NCBI GenBank assembly: GCA_964016885.1
Contig: OZ024743.1
Span: 129,642,001-129,706,000, forward strand
Direction: 5' to 3'
From: Eledone cirrhosa
Lineage: Eukaryota
DNA length: 64,000 nucleotides
The notes beneath the pieces are model-generated. The model did no database searches, was not told where the DNA came from, and was given only the letters and a program-made list of their open reading frames with translations. The position numbers were made by a program, and so were the translations under genes. Positions 30,901 to 44,700 of the stretch are shown here, piece by piece (within the stretch, counting starts at the first letter, position 1; each line of letters opens with the position of its first letter).

Positions 30901-32708
30901 AAGCACCAAGCACCAAGCACCAGGCACCAAGAACCAAGCACCAAACAATAATCACCAAGCACCAAGCACCAAGCACCAAACACCAAGCACCAAGCACCAA
31001 ACACCAAACACCAAGCACCAAACACCAACCACCCAGCACCAAGCACCAAGCACCAAACACCAAGCACCAAACACCAAACACCGAACACCAAGCACCAAGC
31101 ACCAAGCACCAAACACCAAGCACCAAGCACCAAGCACTAAGCACCAAACACCAAGCTCCAAGCACCAAGCACCAAACACCAAACACCAAGCACCAAGCAC
31201 CAAACACCAAGCACCAAAAACCAAACACCAGGCACCAAGCACCAAGCTCCAAACACAAAACACCAAGCACCAAGCACCAAGCAGCAAACACCAAGCATCA
31301 AACACCAAACACCAAACACCAAGCACCAAGCACCAAGCACCAAGCACCAAACACCAAACACCAAGTACCAAGCACCAAGCACCAAACACCAAACACCAAG
31401 CACCAAACACCAAACACCAAGCACCAAGCACCAAACACCAAACAACAAGCACCAGGCACCAAGCACCAAGGACCAAACATCAAACACCAAGCACCAAGCA
31501 CCAAACACCTAACACCAAACACCAAACACCAAGCACCAAGCACCAAACACCAAACACCAAGTACCAAGCACCAAGCACCAAACACCAAACACCAAGCACC
31601 AAACACCAAACACCAAGCACCAAGCACCAAACACCAAACAACAAGCACCAGGCACCAAGCACCAAACACCAAACACCAATCACGCAGCATCAAACACCAA
31701 GCACCAAGCACCAAGCACCTAGCACCAAACACCAAACACCAAGCACCAAACACCAAGGACCAATCACCAAGCACCAAACACCAAGCACCAAGGACCAAAC
31801 ATCAAACACCAAGCACCAAGCACCAAACACCTAACACCAAGCACCAAGCACCAAGTACCAAGCACCCAACACCAAGCACCAAACACCAAGCACCAAGCAC
31901 CAAACACCAAACACCAAACACCAAGCACCAAGCACCAAACACCAAGCACCAGGCACCAAGCACCAAACACCAAGCACCATGCACCAAGCACCAAGCCCCA
32001 AACACTTAACACCAAGCACCAAGCACCAAACACCAAGCACCAAGCACCAAACACCAAACCACAAGCACCAAACACCAAACCCCAAGCACCAAGCACCAAA
32101 CACTAATCACCGAGCACCAAGCACCAAACAACAAGCACCAAGCACCAAGCACCAGGCACCAAGAACCAAGCACCAAACAATAATCACCAAGCACCAAGCA
32201 CCAAGCACCAAACACCAAGCACCAAGCACCAAACACCAAACACCAAGCACCAAACACCAACCACCCAGCACCAAGCACCAAGCACCAAACACGAAGCACC
32301 AAACACCAAACACCAACACCAAGCACCAAGCACCAAGCACCAAACACCAAACACCAAGCACCAAGCACTAAGCACCAAACACCAAGCTCCAAGCGCCAAG
32401 CACCAAACACCAAACACCAACAACCAAGCACCAAACACCAAGCACCAAGCACCAAGCACCAAGCACCTAGCACCAAACACCAAACACCAAGCACCAAGCA
32501 CCAAACACCAAGGAACAATCACCAAGCACCAAACACCAAGCAGCAAGCAGCAAGCACCAAACACCAAACACCAAGCACCAAGCACCAAACACCAAGCACC
32601 AAGGACCAAACATCAAACACCAAGCACCAAGCACCAAGCACCAAGCACCCAACACCAAGCACCAAACACCAAGCACCAAACACCAAGCACCAAGCACCAA
32701 ACACCAAA
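24996..32708 (+). repeat. Tandem duplication, 3867-bp period (copy 1 ~24996-28841, copy 2 ~28842-32708)
   Basis: Constant ORF offset of 3867 (25166->29033, 26159->30026, 27613->31480, 28317->32184). 3867 = 553x7-4, matching four 6-bp units per copy. Confidence 0.92.
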
Positions 32709-35700
32709 CACCAAACACCAAGCACCAAGCACCAAACACCAAGCACCAGGCACCAAGCACCAAACACCAAGCACCATGCTCCAAGCACCAAGCCCCAAAC
32801 ACTTAACACCAAGCACCAAGCACCAAGCACCAGGCACCAAGCACCAAACACCAAGCACCATGCACCAAGCACCAAGCCCCAAACACTTAACACCAAGCAC
32901 CAAGCACCAAACACAAAGCACCAAAAACCAAACACCAGGCACCAAGCACCAAGCACCAAACACAAAACACCAAGCACCAAGCACCAAGCAGCAAACACCA
33001 AGCATCAAACACCAAACACCAAACACCAAGCACCAAACACCAAGCACCAAGCACCAAACACCAAACACCAAGTACCAAGCACCAAGCACCAAACACCAAA
33101 CACCAAGCACCAAACACCAAACACCAAGCACTAAGCACCAAACACCAAACAACAAGCACCAGGCACCAAGCACCAAACACCAAACACCAAGCACGCAGCA
33201 TCAAACACCAAGCACCAAGCACCAAACACCAAGCACCAAGCACCAAGCACCAAGTACCAAACACCAAACACCAAGCACCAAACACCAAACACCAAGCACC
33301 AAGCACCAAGCATGAAACACCATGCACGAAGCACCAAGCACCAAACACCAAACACCAAGCACCAAACACCAGCCACCAAGCACCAAGCACCAAACACCAA
33401 ACACCAAGCACTAAGCACCAAAAACCAAACAAGCACCAGGCACCAAGCACCAAACACCAAACACCAAGCACGCAGCACCAAACACCAAGCACCAAGCACC
33501 AAGCACCAAACACCAAACACCAAGCACCAAGCACCAAACACCATACACCAAACAGCAAGCACCAAGAACCAAACACCAAACACCAAACAGCAAGCACCAA
33601 GCACCAAGCCCGAAGCACCAAACGCCAAAACCGAAGCACCAATCACCAAACACTAATCACCAAGCACCAAGCACCAAACACCAAGCACCAAACACCAAGC
33701 ACCAAGCACCAAGCAACAAGCACCAAGGACCAAACACCAAGCACCAAGCACCAAGCACCAAACACCAAGCACCAAGCACCAAACACCCAGCACCAAGCAC
33801 CAAACACCAAGCACCAAGCACGAAACACCAAACACCAAACACCAAGCACCAAACAGCAAGTACCAAACACCAAACACCAAACAGCAAACATCAAAGAGCA
33901 AACACCAAACACCAAACAGCAAACAGCAAATGCCAAACACCAAGCAACAAGTGCCAAGTACCAAACATCAAACACCAAGCACCAAGCACCTAGCACAAAG
34001 CACCGAACACCAAGCACCAAACACCAAGCACCAAACACCAAGCACCAAACACCAAACACCAGGCACCAAGCACCAAACACCAAGCACCATGCACGAAACA
34101 CCAAGCACCAAGCACGAAGCACCAAACACCAAGCACCAAGCACCAAACACTTAACACCAAGCAGCAAGCACCAAGCACCAAACACCAAGCACCAGACACC
34201 AAACACCAAGCACCAAGTACCAAACACCAAGCACCAAGCACCAAACACCAAGCACCAAGCACCAAAGACCAAGCACCAAGCACCAAGTACCAAGCACCAA
34301 ACAATAAGCACCAAGCACCAAGCACCAAACACCAAGCACCAAGCACCAAACACCAACAACCCCGCACCAAGCACCAAGCACCAACCACCAAGCACCAAAC
34401 ACCAAACACCAAACACCAAGCACCAAGCACCAAGCACCAAGCACCAAACACCAAGCACCAAGCACTAAGCACCAAACACCAAGCCCCAAGCACCAAGCAC
34501 CAAACACCAAACACAAGCACCAAGCACCAAACACCAAGCACCAAGCACCAAGCACCTAGCACCAAACACCAAACACCAAGCACCAAGCACCAAACACCAA
34601 GCACCATCACCAAGCACCAAACAACAAGCAGCAAGCAGCAAGCACCAAACACCAAATACCAAGCACCAAGCACCAAACACCAAGCACCAAGGACCAAACA
34701 TCAAACACCAAGCACCAAGCTCCAAACACCTAACACCAAGCACCAAGCACCAAGCACCAAACACCAAGCACATAACACCAAGCACCAAACACCAAGCACC
34801 AAGCCCCAAACACCAAGCACCAAATACCAAGCACCAAGCACCAAGCACCAAACACCAAGCACCAGGCACCAAGCACCAAACACCAAGCACCATGCACCAA
34901 GCACCAAGCCCCAAACACTTAACACCAAGCACAAAGCACCAAGCACCAAACACCAATCACCAAAAACAAACACCAAGCACCAAGTACCAAACACCAAGCA
35001 CCAAACACCAAGGACCAAGCACCAAACACCAAGCACCAAGCACCAATCACCAAACACCAAGCACCTAGCACCAAGCACCAAACACCAAGCACCAAGCACC
35101 AAGCACCAGGCACCAAGCACCAAACACAAAACACCAAGCACCAAGCACCAAGCAGCAAACACCAAGCATCAAACACCAAGCACCAAACACCAAGCACCAA
35201 ACACCAAGCACCAAGCACCAAACACCAAACACCAAGCACCAAGCACCAAGCACCAAACACCAAACACCAAGCACCAAACACAAGATACCAAGCACCAAGC
35301 AACAAACACCAAACACCAAGCACCAAGCACCAAACACCAAGCAACAAGCACCAGGCACCAAGCACCAAACACCAAACACCAAGCACCAAGCACCAAACAC
35401 CAAACACCAAGCACGCAGCATCAAACACCAAAAACCAAGCACCAAGCAGCAAACACCAAGCACCAAGCACCAAACACCAAGCACCAAACACAAAGCACCA
35501 AGCACCAAACACCAAGCACCAAGCACCAAACACCAAGCACCAAGCACCAAACAACAAACCACAAGCACCAAACACCAAACCCCAAGCACCAAGCACCAAA
35601 CACTAATCACCGAGCACCAAGCACCAAACAACAAGCACCAAGCACCAAACACCAAGCACCAAGCACCAAACACCAAACACCAAGAACCAAACACCAACCA

Positions 35701-38700
35701 CCCAGCACCAAGCACCAAGCACCAAACACCAAGCACCAAACACCAAACACCAACACAAAGCACCAAGCACCAAGCACCAAACACCAAGCACCAAGCACTA
35801 AGCACCAAACACCAAGCTCCAAGCACCAAGCACCAAACACCAAACACCAAGCACCAAGCACCAAACACCAAACACCAACACCAAGCACCAAGCACCAAGC
35901 ACCAAACACCAAGCACCAAGCACTAAGCACCAAACACCAAGCTCCAAGCACCAAGCACCAAACACCAAACACCAAGCACCAAGCACCAAACACCAAGCAC
36001 CAACTACCAAGCACCAAGCACCAAGCACCAAGCACGAAACACCATGCACCAAGCACCAAGCACCAAACACCAAACACCAAGCACCAAACACCAGCCACCA
36101 AGCACCAAGCACCAAACACCATACACCAAACACCAAGCACCAAGAACCAAACACCAAACACCAAACAGCAAGCACCAAGCACCAAACACCAAGCACCAAA
36201 CACCAAACCCCAAGCACCAATCACCAAACACTAATCACCAAGCACCAAGCACCAAACACCAAGCACCAAGCAGCAAGCACCAAGCACCAAACACCAAGCA
36301 CCAAGCACCAAACACCAAACCCCAAGCACCAAAGAGCAAGCAACAAGCACCAAGGACGAAACACCAAGCACCAAGCACCAAGCACCAAACACCAAGCACC
36401 AAGCACCAAACACCCAGCACCAAGCACCAAACACCAAGCACCAAGCACCAAGCACCAAACACCAAACACCAAGCACCAAACACCAGACACCAAGCACCAA
36501 ACACCAAGCACCAAGCACCAAACACCAACCACCCAGCACCAAACACCAAGCACCAAACACCAAGCACCAGGCACCAAGCACCAAACACCAAACACCAAGC
36601 ACGCAGCATCAAACACCAAGCACCAAGCACCAAGCACCAAACACCAAGCACCAAGCACCAAGCACCAAGTACCAAACACCAAACACCAAGCACCAAACAC
36701 CAAACACCAAACAACAAGCACCAGGCACCAAGCACCAAACACCAAACACCAAGCACGCAGCACCAAACACCAAGCACGCAGCACCAAACACCAAGCACCA
36801 AGCACCAAGAACCAAACACCAAACACCATGAACCAAGCAGCAAGCACCCAACACCAAGCACCAAGCACCAAGCACCAAGCACCAAACCCAAAGCACCAAG
36901 CACCAAACACCAAACACCAAGCACTAAGCACCAAAAACCAAACAACAAGCACCAGGCACCAAGCACCAAACACCAAACACCAAGCACGCAGCACCAAACA
37001 CCAAGCACCAAGCACCAAGAACCAAACACCAAACACCATGAACCAAGCAGCAAGCACCCAACACCAAGCACCAAGCACCAAGCACCAAGCACCAAACACC
37101 AAGCACCAAGCACCAAACACCAAACCCCAAGCACCAAAGACCAAGCACCAAGCACCAAGGACCAAGCACCAAGCACCAAGCACCAAGCACCAAACACCAA
37201 GCACCAAGCACCAAACACCCAGCACCAAGCACCAAGCACCAAACACCAAGCACCAAGCACCAAACACCAAACACCAAGCACCAAGCACCAAACAGCAAGC
37301 ACCAAACACCAAACAACAAACAGCAAACATCAAACAGCAAACACCAAACACCAAACAGCAAACAGCAAACACCAAACACCAAGCACCAAACACCAAGCAC
37401 CAAACACCAAGCACCAAGCACCAAGCACAAAACACCAAACACCAAGCACCAAGGACCAAACATCAAACACCAAGGACCAAGCACCTAGCACAAAGCAACG
37501 AACACCAAGCACCAAACACCAAGCACCAAACACCAAACACCAAACACCAAACACCAGGCACCAAGCACCAAACACCAAGCACCATGCACCAAACACCAAG
37601 CACCAAGCACGAAGCACCAAACACCAAGCACCAAGCACCAAACACTTAACACCAAGCACCAAGCACCAAGCACCAAACACCAAGCACCAAACACCACACA
37701 CCAAGCACCAAGTACCAAACACCAAGCACCAAGCCCCAAACACCAAGCATCAAGCACCAATCACCAAACACCAAGAACCAAGCACCAAACACCAAGCACC
37801 AAGCACCAAGTACATACACCAAGAACCAAACACCAAACACAAAACACCAAGCACCAAGCAACAAGCATCAAACACCAAGCATCAAACACCAAACACCAAG
37901 CACCAAGCACCAAACACCAAACACCAAGCACCAAGCACCAAGCACCAAGCACAAATATCAAGCACCCAGCACCAAGCACCAAGCACCAAGCACCAAACAC
38001 CAAGCACCAAACACCAAACAGCAAGCACCAAACAACAAACACCAAGCACCAAGCACCAAAACCCAAACACCAAGCACCAAGCACCAAACACCAAACACCA
38101 AACACCAGAAACCAAGCACCAAACACCAAACACCAAGCACCAAGCACCAAACACCAAGCACCAAGCACCAAACAGCAAACCCCAAGCACCAAGCACCAAA
38201 CACTAATCACCAAGCACCAAGCACCACACAACAAGCACCAAGCACCAAGAACCAGGCACCAAGCACCAAGCACCAAACACAAAACACCAAGCACCAAGCA
38301 CCAAGCAGCACACACCAAGCATCAAACACCAAACACCAAACACAAAGCACCAAACACCAAATACCAAGTACTAAGCACCAAGCACCAAGCACCAAACTCC
38401 AAGCACCCAGCACCAAACACCAAACACCAAGCACCAAGCACCAAACACCAAACACCAAGCACCAAGCACCAAGCACCAAACACCAAACACCAAGCACCAA
38501 ACACCAGACACCAAGCACCAAACACCAAGCACCAAGCACCAAGCACCAAACACCAAACAACAAGCATCAGGTACCAAGCACCAAAAACCAAGCACCGAGC
38601 ATCAAACACCAAACCCCAAGCACCAATCACCAAACACTAATCACCAAGCACCACGCACCAAACACCAAGCACCAAACAGCAAACCCCAAGCACCAATCAC

Positions 38701-41700
38701 CAAACACTAATCACCAAGCACCAAGCACCAATCACCAAGCACCAAGCAGCAAGCACCAAACACCAAGCACCAAGCACCAAGCACCAAGCACCAAACACCA
38801 AGCACCAAGCACCAAACACCAAACCCCAAGCACCAAAGACCAAGCACCAAGCACCAAGGACCAAACACCAAGCACCAAGCACCAAGCAACAAACACCAAG
38901 CACCAAGCACCAAACACCCAGCACCAAGCACCAAGCACCAAACACCAAGCACCAAGCACCAAACACCAAACACCAAACACCAGGCACCAAGCACCAAACA
39001 GCAAGCACCAAACACCAAACACCAAACAGCAAACATCAAACAGCAAACACCAAACACCAAACAGCAAACAGCAAACGCCAAACACCAAGCACGAAGCACC
39101 AAGCACCAAACACCAAGCACCAAGCACCAAGCACAAAACACCAAACACCAAGCACCAAGGACCAAACATCAAGCACCAAACACCAAACACCAAGCACCAA
39201 GGACCAAACATCAAGCACCTAGCACAAAGCACCGAACACCAAGCACCAAACACCAAGCACCAAACACCAAGCACCAAACACCAAACACCAGGCACCAAGC
39301 ACCAAACACCAAGCACCATGCACCAAACACCAAGCACCAAGCACCAAGCACCAAACACCAAGCACCAAACACCAAACACCAAGCACCAAGTACCAAACAC
39401 CAAGCACCAAACACCAAACACCAAGCACCAAGCACCAATCACCAAACACCAAGAACCAAGCACCAAACACCAAGCACCAAGCACCAAGTACATACACCAA
39501 GAACCAAACACCAAACACAAAACACCAAGCACCAAGCAACAAGCATCAAACACCAAGCATCAAACACCAAACACCAAGCACCAAACACCAAACACCAAGC
39601 ACCAAGCACCAAGCACCAAGCACAAACATCAAGCACCCAGCACCAAACACCAAGCACCAAGCACCAAGCACCAAACACCAAGCACCAAGCACCAAAACCC
39701 AAACACCAAGCACCAAGCACCAAACACCAAACACCAAACACCAGAAACCAAGCACCAAGCACCAAACACTAAGCACTAAGCACCAAACAGCAAACCCCAA
39801 GCACCAAGCACCAAACATTAATCACCAAGCACCACACAACAAGCACCAAGCACCAAGAACCAGGCACCAAGCACCAAGCACCAAACACAAAACACCAAGC
39901 ACCAAGCACCAAGCAGCACACACCAAGCATCAAACACCAACCACCAAACACCAAGCACCAAACACCTAACACCAAGCACTAAGCACCAAGCACCAAGCAC
40001 CAAACTCCAAGCACCCAGCACCAAACACCAAACACCAAGCACCAAGCACCAAACACCAAACACCAAGCACCAAGCACCAAGCACCAAACACCAAACACCA
40101 AGCACCAAACACCAGACACCAAGCACCAAACACCAAGCACCAAGCACCAAACACCAAACAACAAGCACCAGGTACCAAGCACCAAACACCAAAAACCAAG
40201 CACCAAGCACCAAACACCAAGCACCAAGCACCAAACGCCAAACACCAAGCACCAAGCACCAAGCACCAAACACCAAGCACCAAGCACCTAGCACCAAACA
40301 CCAAACACCAAGCACCAAGCACTAAACACCAAGCACCAATCACCAAGCACCAAACACCAAGCAGCAAGCAGCAAGCACCAAACACCAAACACCAAGCACC
40401 AAGCACTAAACACCAAGCACCCACGACCAAACATCATATACCAAGCACCAAGCACCAAACACCTAACACCAAGCACCAAGCACCAAGCACCAAGCACCGA
40501 ACACCAAGCACCAAACACCAAGCACCAAACACCAAGCACCAAGCACCAAACACCAAGCACCAAACACCAAGCACCAAGCACCAAGCACCAAACACCAAGC
40601 ACCAGGCACCAAGAACCAAACACCAAGCACCATGGACCAAGCACCAAGCCCCAAACACTTAACACCAAGCACCAAGCACCAAGCACCAAGCACCAAAAAC
40701 CAAACACCAAGCACCAACTACTAAACACCAAGCACCAAGCACCAAACACCAAGCACCAAGCACCAATCACCAAACACCAAGAACCAAGCACCAAACACCA
40801 AGCACCAAGGACCAAGCACCAGGCACCAAGCACCAAGCACCAAACACAAAACACCAAGCACCAAACACAAAACACCAAGCACCAAGCAGCAAACACCAAG
40901 CATCAAACACCAAACACCAAACACCAAGCACCAAACACCAAGCACCAAGCAGCAAACACCAAACACCAAGCACCAAGCACCAAGCACCAAACACCAAACA
41001 CCAAGCACCAAACACCAGACACCAAGCACCAAATACCAAGCACCAAGCACCATGCACCAAACACCAAACAACAAGCACCAGGTACCAAGCACCAAACACC
41101 AAAAACCAAGCACCAAGCACCAAACACCAAGCACCAAGGACCAAACATCAAACACCAAGCACCAAGCACCAAGCACCAAGCACCCAACACCAAGCACCAA
41201 ACACCAAGCACCAAACACCAAGCACCAAGCACCAAACACCAAACACCAAACACCAAGCACCAAGCACCAAACACCAAGCACCAGGCACCAAGCACCAAAC
41301 ACCAAGCACCATGCTCCAAGCACCAAGCCCCAAACACTTAACACCAAGCACCAAGCACCAAGCACCAGGCACCAAGCACCAAACACCAAGCACCATGCAC
41401 CAAGCACCAAGCCCCAAACACTTAACACCAAGCACCAAGCACCAAACACAAAGCACCAAAAACCAAACACCAGGCACCAAGCACCAAGCACCAAACACAA
41501 AACACCAAGCACCAAGCACCAAGCAGCAAACACCAAGCATCAAACACCAAACACCAAACACCAAGCACCAAACACCAAGCACCAAGCACCAAACACCAAA
41601 CACCAAGTACCAAGCACCAAGCACCAAACACCAAACACCAAGCACCAAACACCAAACACCAAGCACTAAGCACCAAACACCAAACAACAAGCACCAGGCA

Positions 41701-44700
41701 CCAAGCACCAAACACCAAACACCAAGCACGCAGCATCAAACACCAAGCACCAAGCACCAAACACCAAGCACCAAGCACCAAGCACCAAGTACCAAACACC
41801 AAACACCAAGCACCAAACACCAAACACCAAGCACCAAGCACCAAGCACGAAACACCATGCACGAAGCACCAAGCACCAAACACCAAACACCAAGCACCAA
41901 ACACCAGCCACCAAGCACCAAGCACCAAACACCAAACACCAAGCACTAAGCACCAAAAACCAAACAAGCACCAGGCACCAAGCACCAAACACCAAACACC
42001 AAGCACGCAGCACCAAACACCAAGCACCAAGCACCAAGCACCAAACACCAAGCACCAAGCACCAAGCACCAAACACCATACACCAAACAGCAAGCACCAA
42101 GAACCAAACACCAAACACCAAACAGCAAGCACCAAGCACCAAGCCCGAAGCACCAAACACCAAAACCGAAGCACCAATCACCAAACACTAATCACCAAGC
42201 ACCAAGCACCAAACACCAAGCACCAAGCAGCAAGCACCAAACACCAAGCACCAAGCACCAAGCAACAAGCACCAAGGACCAAACACCAAGCACCAAGCAC
42301 CAAGCACCAAACACCAAGCACCAAGCACCAAACACCCAGCACCAAGCACCAAACACCAAGCACCAAGCACCAAACACCAAACACCAAACACCAAGCACCA
42401 AACAGCAAGTACCAAACACCAAACACCAAACAGCAAACATCAAAGAGCAAACACCAAACACCAAACAGCAAACAGCAAATGCCAAACACCAAGCAACAAG
42501 TGCCAAGTACCAAACATCAAACACCAAGCACCAAGCACCTAGCACAAAGCACCGAACACCAAGCACCAAACACCAAGCACCAAACACCAAGCACCAAACA
42601 CCAAACACCAGGCACCAAGCACCAAACACCAAGCACCATGCACGAAACACCAAGCACCAAGCACGAAGCACCAAACACCAAGCACCAAGCACCAAACACT
42701 TAACACCAAGCAGCAAGCACCAAGCACCAAACACCAAGCACCAGACACCAAACACCAAGCACCAAGTACCAAACACCAAGCACCAAGCACCAAACACCAA
42801 GCACCAAGCACCAAAGACCAAGCACCAAGCACCAAGTACCAAGCACCAAACAATAAGCACCAAGCACCAAGCACCAAACACCAAGCACCAAGCACCAAAC
42901 ACCAACCACCCCGCACCAAGCACCAAGCACCAACCACCAAGCACCAAACACCAAACACCAAACACCAAGCACCAAGCACCAAGCACCAAGCACCAAACAC
43001 CAAGCACCAAGCACTAAGCACCAAACACCAAGCCCCAAGCACCAAGCACCAAACACCAAACACCAAGCACCAAGCACCAAACACCAAGCACCAAGCACCA
43101 AGCACCTAGCACCAAACACCAAACACCAAGCACCAAGCACCAAACACCAAGCACCATCACCAAGCACCAAACAACAAGCAGCAAGCAGCAAGCACCAAAC
43201 ACCAAATACCAAGCACCAAGCACCAAACACCAAGCACCAAGGACCAAACATCAAACACCAAGCACCAAGCTCCAAACACCTAACACCAAGCACCAAGCAC
43301 CAAGCACCAAACACCAAGCACATAACACCAAGCACCAAACACCAAGCACCAAGCCCCAAACACCAAGCACCAAATACCAAGCACCAAGCACCAAGCACCA
43401 AACACCAAGCACCAGGCACCAAGCACCAAACACCAAGCACCATGCACCAAGCACCAAGCCCCAAACACTTAACACCAAGCACAAAGCACCAAGCACCAAA
43501 CACCAATCACCAAAAACAAACACCAAGCACCAAGTACCAAACACCAAGCACCAAACACCAAGGACCAAGCACCAAACACCAAGCACCAAGCACCAATCAC
43601 CAAACACCAAGCACCTAGCACCAAGCACCAAACACCAAGCACCAAGCACCAAGCACCAGGCACCAAGCACCAAGCACCAAACACAAAACACCAAGCACCA
43701 AGCACCAAGCAGCAAACACCAAGCATCAAACACCAAGCACCAAATACCAAGCACCAAACACCAAGCACCAAGCACCAAACACCAAACACCAAGCACCAAG
43801 CACCAAGCACCAAACACCAAACACCAAGCACCAAACACAAGATACCAAGCACCAAGCAACAAACACCAAACACCAAGCACCAAGCACCAAACACCAAACA
43901 ACAAGCACCAGGCACCAAGCACCAAACACCAAACACCAAGCACCAAGCACCAAACACCAAACACCAAGCACGCAGCATCAAACACCAAAAACCAAGCACC
44001 AAGCAGCAAACACCAAGCACCAAGCACCAAACACCAAGCACCAAACACAAAGCACCAAGCACCAAACACCAAGCACCAAGCACCAAACACCAAGCACCAA
44101 GCACCAAACAACAAACCACAAGCACCAAACACCAAACCCCAAGCACCAAGCACCAAACACTAATCACCGAGCACCAAGCACCAAACAACAAGCACCAAGC
44201 ACCAAACACCAAGCACCAAGCACCAAACACCAAACACCAAGAACCAAACACCAACCACCCAGCACCAAGCACCAAGCACCAAACACCAAGCACCAAACAC
44301 CAAACACCAACACAAAGCACCAAGCACCAAGCACCAAACACCAAGCACCAAGCACTAAGCACCAAACACCAAGCTCCAAGCACCAAGCACCAAACACCAA
44401 ACACCAAGCACCAAGCACCAAACACCAAACACCAACACCAAGCACCAAGCACCAAGCACCAAACACCAAGCACCAAGCACTAAGCACCAAACACCAAGCT
44501 CCAAGCACCAAGCACCAAACACCAAACACCAAGCACCAAGCACCAAACACCAAGCACCAACTACCAAGCACCAAGCACCAAGCACCAAGCACGAAACACC
44601 ATACACCAAGCACCAAGCACCAAACACCAAACACCAAGCACCAAACACCAGCCACCAAGCACCAAGCACCAAACACCATACACCAAACACCAAGCACCAA

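Noticed and set aside
36044-38206. 720-aa + strand ORF (also 30747..32009 and 12328..13215) as a mucin-like or surface protein
   Set aside because: Pure repeat translation with no signal peptide or unique termini. The paralogous copy at ~44601 has ATA instead of ATG, and indels between copies ignore codon phase.
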